From: Candidatus Syntropharchaeum sp. | GTDB lineage: Archaea; Halobacteriota; Syntropharchaeia; Syntropharchaeales; Syntropharchaeaceae | Assembly (NCBI GenBank): GCA_026134025.1 | Contig: JAOQII010000005.1 | Location: 594-64,593, forward strand | Length of the DNA: 64,000 nucleotides | Direction: 5' to 3' | In this document: positions 49,232-60,342 of the stretch, piece by piece | Layout: every line of letters starts with the position of its first letter | Numbering within the stretch: the first letter of the stretch is position 1 | Notes under the pieces: generated by a model | Told to the model about the DNA's origin: nothing | The model's input: only the letters and a program-made list of their open reading frames with translations | Database searches by the model: none | Position numbers and translations under genes: made by a program

Positions 49232-49842
49232 TGGCAAGGCGTAGACATGATTTTTTCTGGAAGGAGGCTAAGCGGTGGGGTTATCGTTCACGCGCCTCCT
49301 TCAAGCTCATACAGATAAACGAGCGATTTGGTGTGATCAGGAAAGGTTATAAGGTCGTGGATCTTGGAGCAGCACCTGGCGGATGGCTTCAGGTTGCAAA
49401 AGATATCGCTGGAGAGAAAGGGGTTGTTATCGGGGTTGATCTTTTGCCGATTGAGCCGATAGAAGGAGTTTTCACGCTAAAGAAAGATATTAGACGACCA
49501 GACGTGGTGGATCAAATCCTCGAGATTACAGGTGGGGATAAAGTTGATGCAGTACTATCTGATGCCTCGCCAAACCTCTCAGGCAACTGGTCATGGGATC
49601 ACGGACGCTCGATCGATCTCGCGGAAACTGCCCTCGGTGTATCGGATAAAATCCTCAAGGAAGATGGAAATTTTGTTGTCAAGGTCTTCCAGGGGGATAT
49701 GTACAGGGCGTTTTTCAGAACCGTACTGACACGATTTGAGAGGGTGAACGCATATACACCACGTGCATCAAGGAAAGAAAGTGCAGAGATCTATCTCATT
49801 GGCAGGGGTTACAGACGTGCTTCTCATACGACCGTCGGCTGA
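49231..49842 (+). CDS. rlmE: 23S rRNA 2'-O-ribose methyltransferase RlmE/FtsJ
   Basis: RSRASFKL...VVDLGAAPGGW SAM motif and DASPNLSG. Start codon overlaps the preceding stop. Confidence 0.8.
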   Translation: MARRRHDFFWKEAKRWGYRSRASFKLIQINERFGVIRKGYKVVDLGAAPGGWLQVAKDIAGEKGVVIGVDLLPIEPIEGVFTLKKDIRRPDVVDQILEITGGDKVDAVLSDASPNLSGNWSWDHGRSIDLAETALGVSDKILKEDGNFVVKVFQGDMYRAFFRTVLTRFERVNAYTPRASRKESAEIYLIGRGYRRASHTTVG

Positions 49843-50911
49843 GATATTCTTGAAATCAGAGGGCGTCAGGAGAAGCTGGGAGAAGATACTATATACTGAG
49901 ATCAAAAAAGCGATCGGAGAGGTCAAACTCAGGAAAGGTAGAGGGCGAATCTGGATCGAGAACGAGATAAGTCCGGAAGCAGAAGAGCGGTTGAAACTGA
50001 TATTTGGGATTCAGTCATTCTCAAGATGTGAGCGATGTGATCTCGGTGAACTTGAAGTAAAGGTTCTCGATTTCTGGAATAGAAGGGGTAATAAAGCTGA
50101 TTTTACCTTTGCGGTCAGGGTCAAACGAACGGGATTGCATGAATTCACCTCACAGGAGATGGCAGCAAAAATTGGGGCACTGATCCTTGATCATCACCCT
50201 GATTTGAAGGTCAATCTTGATAACCCTGATTACATAATCTACATCGAGATAAGGGATCGTGACTGCTATATCTTTGATGAGGTAATCGAGGGTGCAGGTG
50301 GACTACCTTACGGGGTTGAGGGCAAGGTTGTGGCACTCTTCTCTGGTGGTGTGGACTCAAGCCTTGCATGCTGGTTGATGATGCAAAGAGGATCTGTGAT
50401 AATTCCTGTTTATTTTGATCTCGGCGTTTTTGCAGGTGGAGAAGGTGTAAAGAGGGCAGAGAAGGTTGCATCGTTTTTACAACTTTATCAGCGGGATTTT
50501 AAGCCTGTGAAAATCGATCACGGGGTTTTTCTGAGTGAGGTTAAGCGCGTGCTCAAGGAGGCTCGGCTTGATAATTATAGATGTCTCTTCTGCAAAAGAG
50601 AGATGTACAGGGTTGCAGAGAAAATCGCAGCGCGTGAAGGTTGTAAAGGAATTGTTACAGGTGAATCGCTCGGTCAGGTAGCATCACAGACACTTGATAA
50701 CCTTTTTGTACTTGATCAGGCGGTAGATATTCCTGTATTCCGTCCACTTATAGGGCTTGATAAGATGGAGATAGAGCGGCTGGCAAGAAAAGTCGGGGTC
50801 TACGAGATCTGTATATCGATAAAGGAAGAATGCCTTGCAATACCAGAGAAACCCATAACCAGTGGGAATCTTAAAAAGATTCTTGATCTTGAGAGCGCTT
50901 TAATCGATTGA
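49817..50911 (+). CDS. thiI: tRNA 4-thiouridine synthase ThiI
   Basis: THUMP region plus the PP-loop LFSGGVDSS. GTG at 49817 (VLLIRPSAEIFLK) is preferred over the tracked 49763, giving a 26-nt overlap with rlmE. Confidence 0.75.
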   Translation: MLLIRPSAEIFLKSEGVRRSWEKILYTEIKKAIGEVKLRKGRGRIWIENEISPEAEERLKLIFGIQSFSRCERCDLGELEVKVLDFWNRRGNKADFTFAVRVKRTGLHEFTSQEMAAKIGALILDHHPDLKVNLDNPDYIIYIEIRDRDCYIFDEVIEGAGGLPYGVEGKVVALFSGGVDSSLACWLMMQRGSVIIPVYFDLGVFAGGEGVKRAEKVASFLQLYQRDFKPVKIDHGVFLSEVKRVLKEARLDNYRCLFCKREMYRVAEKIAAREGCKGIVTGESLGQVASQTLDNLFVLDQAVDIPVFRPLIGLDKMEIERLARKVGVYEICISIKEECLAIPEKPITSGNLKKILDLESALID

Positions 50912-51026
50912 GTTCTTAGAAACAAGCAGAACCCTTACAGGAGCACCACTCGCACCTGGAATATTGAGAGGAAGACAGATCATATCTGAGTGATCTGTAG
51001 TCTCCTCTGAACTTGTATCTATGCTT

Positions 51027-52544
51027 TTATCTCTCAACTCCCTCAAACCGCCTGACAACAAAATCCCGATCAAGCGAGGTTAGAAACCACCCGGCCCTTG
51101 GCCCAGACTTTCTGCCGAGAAGCGAGAGGTAAATACCTTTAAATATCTCCTTCGGCTTAACACCAATGCGCTCTGCGATCGCATACACCTCCTGATGCAC
51201 CATCTCGGCATCGATCCCCTCGTGCATGAGGAAATCTGCAAGCTCAACTAACCCCTCTCGCACCTCAGGCGGTATCTCATCCACTTCACGTGGGATCTCC
51301 TGCCTGACCTCAAAGCGAACTGACTGAGGGGCAAAACGTTCAAGCCATTCCTTTGCGTACTCAACATACCGTCTGACGGTCTCAAGATCATCGACCCGGT
51401 ATCCACCACGTTTTATGATCTCAAGCGTTTTTTCAGCGTCAAACTCAGCAATCTGGACGATATTAACGATATGTCTGAAGGGAACGTCGATCATAAGGCT
51501 TTTTTTAGTTGCTGAGAGTTTCTTTGAGCGGACAGAGCCGATATCCAGCCGTTCATACTCATCGATTAAGTTCAGAAGCCCAAGTCCTGGATCGATCTCG
51601 ATGTGCTTCTCAGGCTTAACCCGTATCATAATATATTTCAGGATCTCGGGTGGGATACACGATAACATCTCAGATATCGTTATCGTAACCCCTTTTGAGG
51701 ATGACATCGATCCTTTGCCTTTCAGGAGTACATGCTCAAAGGGAATCGGATATGGGGGGTCATAATCATAGATCTCTCTTGATAGTTTTATTCCAGATTC
51801 GTAAGAGCTCCCAGCAGATGCGTGATCCTTCCCAAAAGGCTCTGCTGTAACCCCCAGAATCGCCCATCTTGCAGGCCAGTCAACTCGCCACGTGAGTTTT
51901 CCCCCGCCTCGCACCGGCACCTCATTCTCATCTCCACATCTGCAACGGTAACTGACGATCATCCGATCTGTGTCAAACCCTGTGACGATCGTTGTTGTAA
52001 GCCTGCCACAGCTCTTGCATATCGGGTTGAATGGACTCCAGTCGTGAGAAGTGACCTTTCCTGTGACCTCATCAATGATCAAAGCGATCCTGTCACGCAT
52101 TCTAAGTGCTTTCACGATTGCCTCATCGTAATCACCGTTTGCATACATCAAATCTGCCCGATAAACCTCAATATCGATCTCTAACTCATCGAGGGATTCA
52201 AGGAATGGCTGCAGGAAATGCGCTGCATAGCTCTCACAGCAGCCTTCAGGATCCGGGATTGCAGAGAGCGGACGTCCGACATGCTCCTCATACGAGTCTG
52301 GAAGGAAGGGGTAAAGACGTCTCAAGGGATCATAGGTGTCAGCGATATAAATTAATCTTGCATCCTCTGCACCCCTATCATGTAACGCTCTGTAGATTGC
52401 ATCCGCTGTTATAACCTCTCTTAAGTTCCCGATATGAATTGGGCCCGAGGGTGAGATCCCTGTTGCAACAACCGGTCTACGACCTGTTTTTATCAGATCT
52501 TCTGCGATAACATCTGCCCAGTGAACTTTCTCACCTCGTTCCAC
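51027..52544 (-). CDS. lysK: lysyl-tRNA synthetase, class I
   Basis: HIGN and KMSSSKG class I motifs. 505 aa. Confidence 0.85.
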   Translation of the reverse strand: MERGEKVHWADVIAEDLIKTGRRPVVATGISPSGPIHIGNLREVITADAIYRALHDRGAEDARLIYIADTYDPLRRLYPFLPDSYEEHVGRPLSAIPDPEGCCESYAAHFLQPFLESLDELEIDIEVYRADLMYANGDYDEAIVKALRMRDRIALIIDEVTGKVTSHDWSPFNPICKSCGRLTTTIVTGFDTDRMIVSYRCRCGDENEVPVRGGGKLTWRVDWPARWAILGVTAEPFGKDHASAGSSYESGIKLSREIYDYDPPYPIPFEHVLLKGKGSMSSSKGVTITISEMLSCIPPEILKYIMIRVKPEKHIEIDPGLGLLNLIDEYERLDIGSVRSKKLSATKKSLMIDVPFRHIVNIVQIAEFDAEKTLEIIKRGGYRVDDLETVRRYVEYAKEWLERFAPQSVRFEVRQEIPREVDEIPPEVREGLVELADFLMHEGIDAEMVHQEVYAIAERIGVKPKEIFKGIYLSLLGRKSGPRAGWFLTSLDRDFVVRRFEGVER

Positions 52545-52547
52545 GAT

Positions 52548-53267
52548 TCACACCAGCTTGAAGTATACCCTTCTGTTCTTCTTTCCCTTGTTCTCAAGCT
52601 TTAAAAGCTCAATCTCACCGATCTCGCTTAAATGTCTTACATGTGTACCACCATCTGCCTGCCTGTCGATGCCCGCTATCTCAACAACCCTCAGTTCTTC
52701 AAGATCTGGAGGTAAACCCTTTGCAAGCAGTGAGACCCCCTCTCGTTCTGCCTCCTCACGGGAGAGGTAGTAGTGGCGGACAGGAAGATCCTGCTTTATT
52801 ATCTCGTTTGCGTAATCTAAAAACCCTTTCATCACATCCCTCTCAAACTTCTCAAGCGAGAAATCGATCCTGACCTTCTCGATATCGAGCTGATTTCCTG
52901 TAATAAGCGCACCTGTTCTCTGGTTTATGATCGCACTCACGAGATGTGCTGCGGTATGCGATCGCATGAGTTTATAGCGCCTCTCCCAGTCGATCACACA
53001 CCTAACCCGATCACCTTCTTTGAGATTGCAGAAATCTGAATCGATCTCATGGCTCACGTTACCATCGAATTTACCCACATATACAACAGGGTAGCGTGCT
53101 CCATCTGCTAAAGAAATAATCTCGCCCCTATCATGCGGCTGCCCCCCGCCCTCGGGGTAGAATATCGTAGAATCAAGCACCACAAATTTCGAATCCTTCA
53201 CAGCAATGGCACGCGTTTCATGCTCACGTCTGTAGCTATCTTCAAGGTAAATCTCTCTTCTCTTCAC
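52548..53267 (-). CDS. alaX: alanyl-tRNA editing protein AlaX (M form)
   Basis: AlaRS editing-domain homology with the HTAAHLV and GGTHV zinc motifs. Confidence 0.75.
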   Translation of the reverse strand: MKRREIYLEDSYRREHETRAIAVKDSKFVVLDSTIFYPEGGGQPHDRGEIISLADGARYPVVYVGKFDGNVSHEIDSDFCNLKEGDRVRCVIDWERRYKLMRSHTAAHLVSAIINQRTGALITGNQLDIEKVRIDFSLEKFERDVMKGFLDYANEIIKQDLPVRHYYLSREEAEREGVSLLAKGLPPDLEELRVVEIAGIDRQADGGTHVRHLSEIGEIELLKLENKGKKNRRVYFKLV

Positions 53268-54793
53268 TTCTTCACCATCGGTACTGCTTCCTTGAGTCCA
53301 TCTCTAAGCGTTCTTCGCGTATCAATCTCTGATAAGTCGATACCTATACTCACCATCGCCTCTGTTATATCTGCCCTCACACCGGTGAAGATCACCTTGC
53401 TACCAAGAAACTTTGCAGCACTTGCGGTCTTTAAAAGGTGCTGGGCAACGTCTACATCGATCGTGGGGATGCCACTTAGATCAAGTATCACGACCTCAGC
53501 CTCATGCTTCACGATCTCATTTAAAAGTTGTTCCATGATCTGTTCTGCACGTTCGGTCCTGATCGTGCCGATTAAGGGAACCATCAAGACCTTGTCCCAC
53601 ACCTCAATAATCGGTGTTGATAGCCTCATGATCTCATTGCTCAAACGTTCTCGCTCCTCGATCGCCCGTTTCAAATCAGTGATATCAACGAGATACTCGA
53701 GTCCGCCAACAATGTTATCTTCAGCATCCTTGAGCGGTGCACCAGTGTATTGTGTAGATATATCACCTTTCACAGTGTGAACGACCCTCTCGCAGGTTAT
53801 GACGCTATCTTCCATCATCGCTTTTGTAATACAGCATCTCTCAGTCTGACACTCCGCCGACCTGACAAGATCATAACATTTCTCGCCCACTGCATCCTCA
53901 ATCGCTACTCCAGTCATATCTACCCATGAAGGGTTTACGAACTGGATTGTGAATTCTTTATCAACGACCATGACTGGAGTCGGTATGTTATTAAGGTATG
54001 CAACTTTCGCCTTAGCGTCATCCAGTGCCGCTCGAAGCTCATCGATGCGTGTTCCTGTGTGAAGAATAGCATATATCTCTCCTTTTTCATTCCTCAGCGG
54101 CCCACAGGTGTATTTGATCGGGTAAAGATCCTCACCCATCTTGACGTCGACCTCAAACTCAAACTCTTCCCCTTTTGCTGCCCTCTCATAGACTTCTTTC
54201 ATCTTTTGCTGGACGTCTTCTGAGTACTCCCACCATGGCATCTGGTCAAACCTCATCCCGAGAACATCCTCAAGCTTGAACCCGAACTTCTCGATCGTGA
54301 CAGCACTCGTGAACTGAAGTCTGCCCTCGGGGTCTGTCACCGCCATATACGTCGGCATGTTGTCAAGGTATGCGACCTTCTGCTGAGCATCTTCCAGTGC
54401 CTGTTTCTTCTCACTGATATCCCGTCCCTCTGGAATGAGATACTTGATATTTCCCTCTTCATCATAGACTGGATGCATACTGAACTCTACCCATATCAGG
54501 GAGCCATCGGCTGTCTGCACCTGAATCTCATGGATGAGCCGCTCACCACGTGCACATCTTTCTATATCTTCCTTGATCTGCTCCTGTGCCTCTCTGGAGT
54601 ATGCCCACCAGTGAGCATCATAGAACTTCTTACCCTTCACGTCCTCAAGCGTTATCCCGGCAAGCTCAAGCGGCGTGTTGTTGGCAAAGATCAGTGTTCC
54701 ATCCGGCTCAAGCACGCCGACAAATGTGATCATATCATTCAGAACCTTTGAGTAGAAAACTTCATCTTCTTCAGGTTTCATCTTCGCACCCAA
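53264..54793 (-). CDS. PAS-PAS-PAS sensor protein with a C-terminal STAS (anti-sigma-factor-antagonist-like) domain
   Basis: Three PAS-like repeats (…DGTLIFANNTPLELAG…, …EGRLQFTSAVTIEKFG…, …EFTIQFVNPSWVDMTG…). The C-terminus VLMVPLIGTIRTERAEQIMEQLL...VVILDLSGIPTIDVDVAQHLL resembles STAS/SpoIIAA. Confidence 0.65.
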   Translation of the reverse strand: MGAKMKPEEDEVFYSKVLNDMITFVGVLEPDGTLIFANNTPLELAGITLEDVKGKKFYDAHWWAYSREAQEQIKEDIERCARGERLIHEIQVQTADGSLIWVEFSMHPVYDEEGNIKYLIPEGRDISEKKQALEDAQQKVAYLDNMPTYMAVTDPEGRLQFTSAVTIEKFGFKLEDVLGMRFDQMPWWEYSEDVQQKMKEVYERAAKGEEFEFEVDVKMGEDLYPIKYTCGPLRNEKGEIYAILHTGTRIDELRAALDDAKAKVAYLNNIPTPVMVVDKEFTIQFVNPSWVDMTGVAIEDAVGEKCYDLVRSAECQTERCCITKAMMEDSVITCERVVHTVKGDISTQYTGAPLKDAEDNIVGGLEYLVDITDLKRAIEERERLSNEIMRLSTPIIEVWDKVLMVPLIGTIRTERAEQIMEQLLNEIVKHEAEVVILDLSGIPTIDVDVAQHLLKTASAAKFLGSKVIFTGVRADITEAMVSIGIDLSEIDTRRTLRDGLKEAVPMVKK

Positions 54794-54857
54794 TTAGATA
54801 ATCTCAAAGCATTGATATATAAGCTTGCTTACCCGAGTCCTTTTTTTCACCCCATAT

Positions 54858-55643
54858 TCAAGTCCTTTTCGCAACAAGAACCCCCCAGATCCCCGATGGA
54901 AGCACCTCACGCCTGATAACATCAAACCCAACATCTTTACACATATCAGCCCACATAGCGATCTCTATCGCATACTCGCCATCATTCAGAAGATGCTTCT
55001 TTGTATTATCAAACATCCGATCAAGCACACCCGCTCCACACGCACTTACAAGGAGTATAAGCAGTTTTGTGAAGCTTGCCATCAATCGCTCAAGTCGCTT
55101 GATATCGTTGTGATCCCCGCTCGTATCGACGTTAAGCTCACCGAGGAGAAACTTTCCACCAGGCTTGAGGACCCTGTAAATCTCTTTCAATGCCTTAGAC
55201 TTCTCCTCAGGTGTCACATGGTGCATCACAGCAGATGATGCAACGATATCAAATGCTTCATCCCTGAAAGGTAGGTTTACAGCATTTCCAGGTCTAAGTT
55301 CGATACGGTTCATAAAGTCATAACCCTCATTGCGCAATCGATTTAGCTTATCCCTGAAAACTGCAAGCATCTCCCCTGAGAGATCAATGGCTGTGAGCTT
55401 GCATTTTGCTGCATCCACAAACTTCAAACTCAAAAATCCTGTGCCACAACCGATATCAAGTACCACATCCCCATCCTTCACTCCGGCGTATTCAACAATA
55501 TTGTTGACCAGCATCTGGTATTCCGGAACTCTTGGAATAATATCGTCGTACTCATCTGCCCAGGCATCAAACCAGTCCCTTGTCACAGCCTCGCTCATAA
55601 TGTCCGATACATCTTGAGAGCTTATAGATTTACCCGATATCAT
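54858..55643 (-). CDS. class I SAM-dependent methyltransferase
   Basis: VLDIGCGTGF motif I, 261 aa. Confidence 0.7.
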   Translation of the reverse strand: MISGKSISSQDVSDIMSEAVTRDWFDAWADEYDDIIPRVPEYQMLVNNIVEYAGVKDGDVVLDIGCGTGFLSLKFVDAAKCKLTAIDLSGEMLAVFRDKLNRLRNEGYDFMNRIELRPGNAVNLPFRDEAFDIVASSAVMHHVTPEEKSKALKEIYRVLKPGGKFLLGELNVDTSGDHNDIKRLERLMASFTKLLILLVSACGAGVLDRMFDNTKKHLLNDGEYAIEIAMWADMCKDVGFDVIRREVLPSGIWGVLVAKRT

Positions 55644-55674
55644 TTTATAGAATCGGCTTTAAAGGTAGGTTTGT

Positions 55675-57315
55675 ATGCCAATCATACGGTTAGATTACAG
55701 GGATCTGGAGGAACTCACAGGTCTTGAAAGGGGTCGGATACTCGATAAAATCCCAATGATCGGTGCTGATATTGAGCGGATCGATGAAGATCATGTTGAT
55801 ATTGAATTCTTCCCGAACAGGCCAGATCTCTTCAGTGTTGAAGGGGTAGCACGGGCGATGAGAGGGTTTCTTGGTATTGAGCCCGGGATTGTGGAATACC
55901 AGGTAAACAATTCAGGTGTTACCCTTGAGATAGATCCTTCAGTCAAGCCACTCCGTCCTTACATTGTCTGTGCGGTTGTGAGAGGTCTTGATTTCACAAT
56001 TCCTTCGTTTATTGAGGCTTTGATGGGACTTCAGGAGCATCTTCACTGGGTACTTGGACGTGATAGAAAGCGCGTCTCTATTGGTGTCCATGATATCTCA
56101 AAGGTGAAGCCTCCGTTTACCTATCTGGGTGAATCCCCTGCGTTTGCATTTGTACCACTCGATTTTGATCACGAGATGTCGATGGATGAAATATTGCAGA
56201 AACATCCCAAAGGTGTGAAGTTCAAAGGCATCCTCGAAGGAATGGATTATTACCCGCTCATCACCGACTCAAATGGGGATGTAGTCTCCTTCCCACCGAT
56301 CATAAACGGCGAGCTTACACGGGTTTGTGAAGATACAAGGGATCTCTTCATCGATGTTACAGGGACGAGTGATGCTGTTAATTTTGCCCTGAACATCCTT
56401 GTTACCGCGCTAAAAGAGCGAGGAGGGGTCATTGAGTCTGTCAGGGTTCTGGATTCTGAGAATGGCCGAAGCATTGTTACACCCAATCTTACGCCCACGT
56501 TGATGTCTGTTACAGTTACAGAGGCGTCAAAGCTCATTGGACTTAATCTTTCGGTTGAGGATTGCGTAACGTCACTTGAAAGAATGAGATTCGGGATATC
56601 GAATACGAATGGTGAGATACTTGAGGTTTTAATCCCTGCGTATCGTTCTGATATACTCCACCCCCACGATCTTGTTGAGGATATCGCTATAGGGTATGGA
56701 TACGATCGTATAACACCTGAGATGCCTGATACAAAGGGTGTTGGTAGAATCCATCAGATCGAAATTACAAAATCACTTATAAGGGAGGCTATGGTTGGGC
56801 TTGGTTACTACGAGGTTATGACATTCACGTTAACGTCTCCAAAGGTTCAATATGAAAAGATGAGGTGGGATGAGGATGGTTCATGCCTTTCACTCATGTA
56901 TCCGATAAACGAAGAGCAGACGATCCTGAGGACTTCGATACTCCCAAATCTCCTCGAGATACTCTCACTCAATAAGCACAGGGAACTCCCGCAGCGGATA
57001 TTTGAGGTAGGGGATGTCATCGTGGATGAACAAAATGAGTTCCACCTTGCAGGGGTATCGATTCACTCCCTCGCCGAATTTGCTGAAGTGCGATCATTGA
57101 TCGATACTGTAATAAGTGAGATCTGGAGCGATTGTGAGATTCAGATCGTGCCTTCGGGGAATGCTGCATTTATCGAAGGGAGAAGGGCGGATCTTAGCTT
57201 AAACGGGGAGATTTTAGGATTTTTTGGTGAGATCCATCCTGATGTGATACTTGGTTTTGAGCTTGGGCATCCAATCGTTGGATTTGAGATAAACGCATCA
57301 AAGATGAGGAGGTGA
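55675..57315 (+). CDS. pheT: phenylalanyl-tRNA synthetase beta subunit (archaeal type)
   Basis: 546 aa with a B3/B4 domain and the archaeal PheT architecture. Confidence 0.85.
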   Translation: MPIIRLDYRDLEELTGLERGRILDKIPMIGADIERIDEDHVDIEFFPNRPDLFSVEGVARAMRGFLGIEPGIVEYQVNNSGVTLEIDPSVKPLRPYIVCAVVRGLDFTIPSFIEALMGLQEHLHWVLGRDRKRVSIGVHDISKVKPPFTYLGESPAFAFVPLDFDHEMSMDEILQKHPKGVKFKGILEGMDYYPLITDSNGDVVSFPPIINGELTRVCEDTRDLFIDVTGTSDAVNFALNILVTALKERGGVIESVRVLDSENGRSIVTPNLTPTLMSVTVTEASKLIGLNLSVEDCVTSLERMRFGISNTNGEILEVLIPAYRSDILHPHDLVEDIAIGYGYDRITPEMPDTKGVGRIHQIEITKSLIREAMVGLGYYEVMTFTLTSPKVQYEKMRWDEDGSCLSLMYPINEEQTILRTSILPNLLEILSLNKHRELPQRIFEVGDVIVDEQNEFHLAGVSIHSLAEFAEVRSLIDTVISEIWSDCEIQIVPSGNAAFIEGRRADLSLNGEILGFFGEIHPDVILGFELGHPIVGFEINASKMRR

Positions 57316-57320
57316 GAGTT

Positions 57321-57737
57321 ATGCGAGATAAAGTAGCCATCTTAATTGGATCTGAGTCTGATATGTCGATAGCTATCGATGTATGCAAAGTTCTCGATGA
57401 AAACGGGGTTAAATTTGATCTTCAAACAATCTCTGCACACAGAAACCCTGAAGAGCTTGATATGTACTTGAAGGAACTTGAACAGGATAAGAATGAGATT
57501 GGTATCATAATAGCGATCGCAGGACTTGCTGCTGCACTGCCAGGTGTCATCGCATCAAAGACCGGCCTTCCTGTAATAGGTGTACCCGTTTCGGCAAAGT
57601 TGATGGGGCTTGACGCACTTTTATCGATGGTTCAGATGCCAAAAGGAGTTCCTGTCGCGGTTGTTGGGATCGATAATGGCAAAAACGCCGCCCATCTGGC
57701 TGTCAGGATCCTGAGGTTGGTAAATGAAAAAAGGTAA
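57321..57737 (+). CDS. purE: N5-carboxyaminoimidazole ribonucleotide mutase
   Basis: [11 protein letters not shown]...[13 protein letters not shown] motifs. ATG at 57321 preceded by GGAGGTGAG. Confidence 0.85.
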   Translation: MRDKVAILIGSESDMSIAIDVCKVLDENGVKFDLQTISAHRNPEELDMYLKELEQDKNEIGIIIAIAGLAAALPGVIASKTGLPVIGVPVSAKLMGLDALLSMVQMPKGVPVAVVGIDNGKNAAHLAVRILRLVNEKR

Positions 57738-57762
57738 AAACTTATAGCCCGACTCAAATAGA

Positions 57763-58128
57763 TTGATCTTAATGAGTGATGTATGGGGATTATCAACGAG
57801 CATCGATCTCTATGGATGTGATCCTGAGCTTATCAGAGATCCAGATGTGTTAAAAAAGTACGTCAAAGATCTCTGTGAACTCATTGATATGAAGCGCTTT
57901 GGCGAGACAGAGATCGTTTACTTTGGAGAGGAGAACGATAACGGAGGATATTCTTTCGTTCAATTCATCGAGACTTCCCTGATCTCAGGTCATTTTGTAG
58001 ATAAAACAAACAATGGATATCTTGATATCTTCAGCTGCAAGTCGTACGATCCAGCCCTTGTTGCGAGATTTTCAAAGGAATTTTTTTGCGCAAAGGATGC
58101 AATACGCCACACACTGGTGAGAAGGTGA
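57763..58128 (+). CDS. speH: pyruvoyl-dependent decarboxylase of the small archaeal AdoMetDC (SpeH) family
   Basis: 121 aa, YGC...ETSLISGHF proenzyme region resembling class 1 SAM decarboxylase. The substrate (SAM or Arg) cannot be decided. Confidence 0.55.
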   Translation: MILMSDVWGLSTSIDLYGCDPELIRDPDVLKKYVKDLCELIDMKRFGETEIVYFGEENDNGGYSFVQFIETSLISGHFVDKTNNGYLDIFSCKSYDPALVARFSKEFFCAKDAIRHTLVRR

Positions 58129-58131
58129 GAG

Positions 58132-59385
58132 ATGAGCAGGCGAACTGTGCTTGAGATTAACAGGCGTATCGAGGATGGAACGGTCAAAGTTATGAGCGCG
58201 AACGAACTCAAAACACTCCTCTGTCAGGGAGAAGACGTAAAGTTTGATGATGTCGACGTTGTAACCACTGGAACGAGGGGGGTTATGAGCGGTACGATGG
58301 CTATACTTTCCTTTCCTGTTGGAGAGAGGGGAGCGTTTGAACGTGCAACGAGTGTCCGCTTGAACGGTGTTCCTGCATACCCAGGACCGTGCCCCAATGA
58401 GCGGCTTGGGATCGTTGATCTCATCGTCTATGGAACTTCTCACGACCGCGACTACGGTGGTGGGCACCTGTTCAGGGATCTTGTCGCTGGAGAGGCGATC
58501 AGGGTTGACGTCAGGACTTCAGATGATAAAAAGATCGATACAACCATAAAACTTGATGAAATACCGTTTGCAAGAATGGTTGGGGTTAGAAACGCATTCA
58601 AGAACTACACGGCATTTGTGAATGGAGAGAGAGATATGATCTCAACGATCTTCTCAACCCGACCGCTTAAAGGACCCATGAGGGAGCTTACATTTGCTGG
58701 TTGTGGAGAGATAAACCCACTCGAGAACGATCCAAATCTTGATACGATCGGTATCGGAACGGGAATTCTTATGAATGGAGCAGAAGGTTTTGTTGAGGGT
58801 TTGGGAACGCGTAGCACGAGTGAGAAACTGAATCTATCTGGATTTGCAGATATGCATGAGATGAACCCGCTTTATATGGGCGGATTTCTAACTTCGGCAG
58901 GCCCTGAGGTGATAAATACATGGGCGATCCCGATACCTGTTCTTGATGATCGGGTTCTCGATAATCTCAAGCGGCTCAACGATGAGATAAAGCTCCCGAT
59001 CGTGGATCTTCAGGGAAGAACGCAGGTAGGTGAGATAACCTATGCTGATGTCTGGAAAGGCGATTTATCGGTGGATTTTGATCCCGGTTCATGTATCAAC
59101 TGTGAAACGTGTCTTTCTGAGCAATTTTGCCCCACAGGTGCGTTCTCGTTATTATCGAAGAAGATTGAGGAGGATCTATGCTTTAACTGCGGGTCTTGCA
59201 GGGCATTTTGCGTGGGTGGGGCGTTCTCTGGTGATAATGGGTCAGTGAAACTTAAAGGTAGGGATGTTCCAATTGTAACGCGCCAATCAGACCTTTCTGG
59301 TGGAATCAAGATTGCAGATGAGCTTAAAAATAGGATTCTAAATGGTAGCTTCAGATTGAGGGCGCCTGTTTCGAGTCTTCGGTGA
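58132..59385 (+). CDS. homocysteine biosynthesis protein (COG1900/DUF39) fused to a double 4Fe-4S ferredoxin domain
   Basis: N-terminal DUF39 region. The C-terminus carries CINCETCLSEQFCP and CFNCGSCRAFC. Confidence 0.7.
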   Translation: MSRRTVLEINRRIEDGTVKVMSANELKTLLCQGEDVKFDDVDVVTTGTRGVMSGTMAILSFPVGERGAFERATSVRLNGVPAYPGPCPNERLGIVDLIVYGTSHDRDYGGGHLFRDLVAGEAIRVDVRTSDDKKIDTTIKLDEIPFARMVGVRNAFKNYTAFVNGERDMISTIFSTRPLKGPMRELTFAGCGEINPLENDPNLDTIGIGTGILMNGAEGFVEGLGTRSTSEKLNLSGFADMHEMNPLYMGGFLTSAGPEVINTWAIPIPVLDDRVLDNLKRLNDEIKLPIVDLQGRTQVGEITYADVWKGDLSVDFDPGSCINCETCLSEQFCPTGAFSLLSKKIEEDLCFNCGSCRAFCVGGAFSGDNGSVKLKGRDVPIVTRQSDLSGGIKIADELKNRILNGSFRLRAPVSSLR

Positions 59386-59464
59386 GATTACGAGGGAGCG
59401 AATAGTTATTAACATCCTCATTTAGATCTATCACTGCCTATGATGAATAAGATCCTGCTGAGTT

Positions 59465-59920
59465 ATGATGAACCCTATGAGTACTGAGGCGGTTGATGTG
59501 GGAAAGAGGAGGAGGATCAAAGGGATTGCAAGGGATACGCTTGATTTCATTCTTAACGCTGCACGATCTTCTCACCCTGATGAGTTTGCAGGTCTGCTTG
59601 AGGCGGAGGACGGCATCATCGTTAATGTGATCCTTCTCCCAGGCACGATCTCATCGAATAGGGGTGCAAGGATTCATCTTGATATGATGCCGCTTCACCT
59701 GAGTTCCGTGGGATCTGTTCATAGCCACCCAACACCGAACAACAGACCATCACAGGCCGATCTCGCATTCTTCTCAAAACGGGGTGATTACCATATCATC
59801 GTTGGATACCCGTATGATGATGAAGCCTGGAAGTGTTACAACACGCAGGGTGAGAGGCAGGCGCTTCCAGTCCTTGATGTGGACCTTGATCCGGATACCG
59901 AAGGTGATGAGATATGGTGA
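59465..59920 (+). CDS. JAMM/MPN+ metalloprotease (desampylase-like)
   Basis: HSHPTPNNRPSQAD is the JAMM H-x-H-x7-S-x2-D motif. Confidence 0.7.
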   Translation: MMNPMSTEAVDVGKRRRIKGIARDTLDFILNAARSSHPDEFAGLLEAEDGIIVNVILLPGTISSNRGARIHLDMMPLHLSSVGSVHSHPTPNNRPSQADLAFFSKRGDYHIIVGYPYDDEAWKCYNTQGERQALPVLDVDLDPDTEGDEIW

Positions 59921-60342
59921 AGGTGCTTGCAACAGGTACGTTTGATATCCTTCATCCAGGACATATCCTCTATCTGAGTGAGGCTAAGAAGCTTGGTGAT
60001 GAGCTTTATGTCATTGTAGCAAGGGATGAGAACGTCCTGCACAAGCCAAAGCCGATACTCCCAGAAGGGCAACGGCTGGAGATGGTGCGAGCCCTCAAAG
60101 TCGTTGATCATGCGATGCTTGGCGATCGTAAGGATAAGTTCAAGCTCGTCAGAGAGATTGTGCCGGATATTATCGCACTTGGGTATGACCAGCATTTTGC
60201 GGTCGATGAACTTGAGAAGATATGCCACAAACAGGGACTTAACATAAAGGTCAGGAGGGTCGAAATATCTGATCCCTGCCCACTTTGCAGTAGCCGCGCG
60301 ATTATAAAGCGGATTCTGAGCATCAAAGGGGGAAAAGAGTGA
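59914..60342 (+). CDS. ribL: FAD synthase, archaeal CTP-dependent (RibL)
   Basis: Cytidylyltransferase fold GTFDILHPGH, 142 aa. Confidence 0.8.
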   Translation: MVKVLATGTFDILHPGHILYLSEAKKLGDELYVIVARDENVLHKPKPILPEGQRLEMVRALKVVDHAMLGDRKDKFKLVREIVPDIIALGYDQHFAVDELEKICHKQGLNIKVRRVEISDPCPLCSSRAIIKRILSIKGGKE

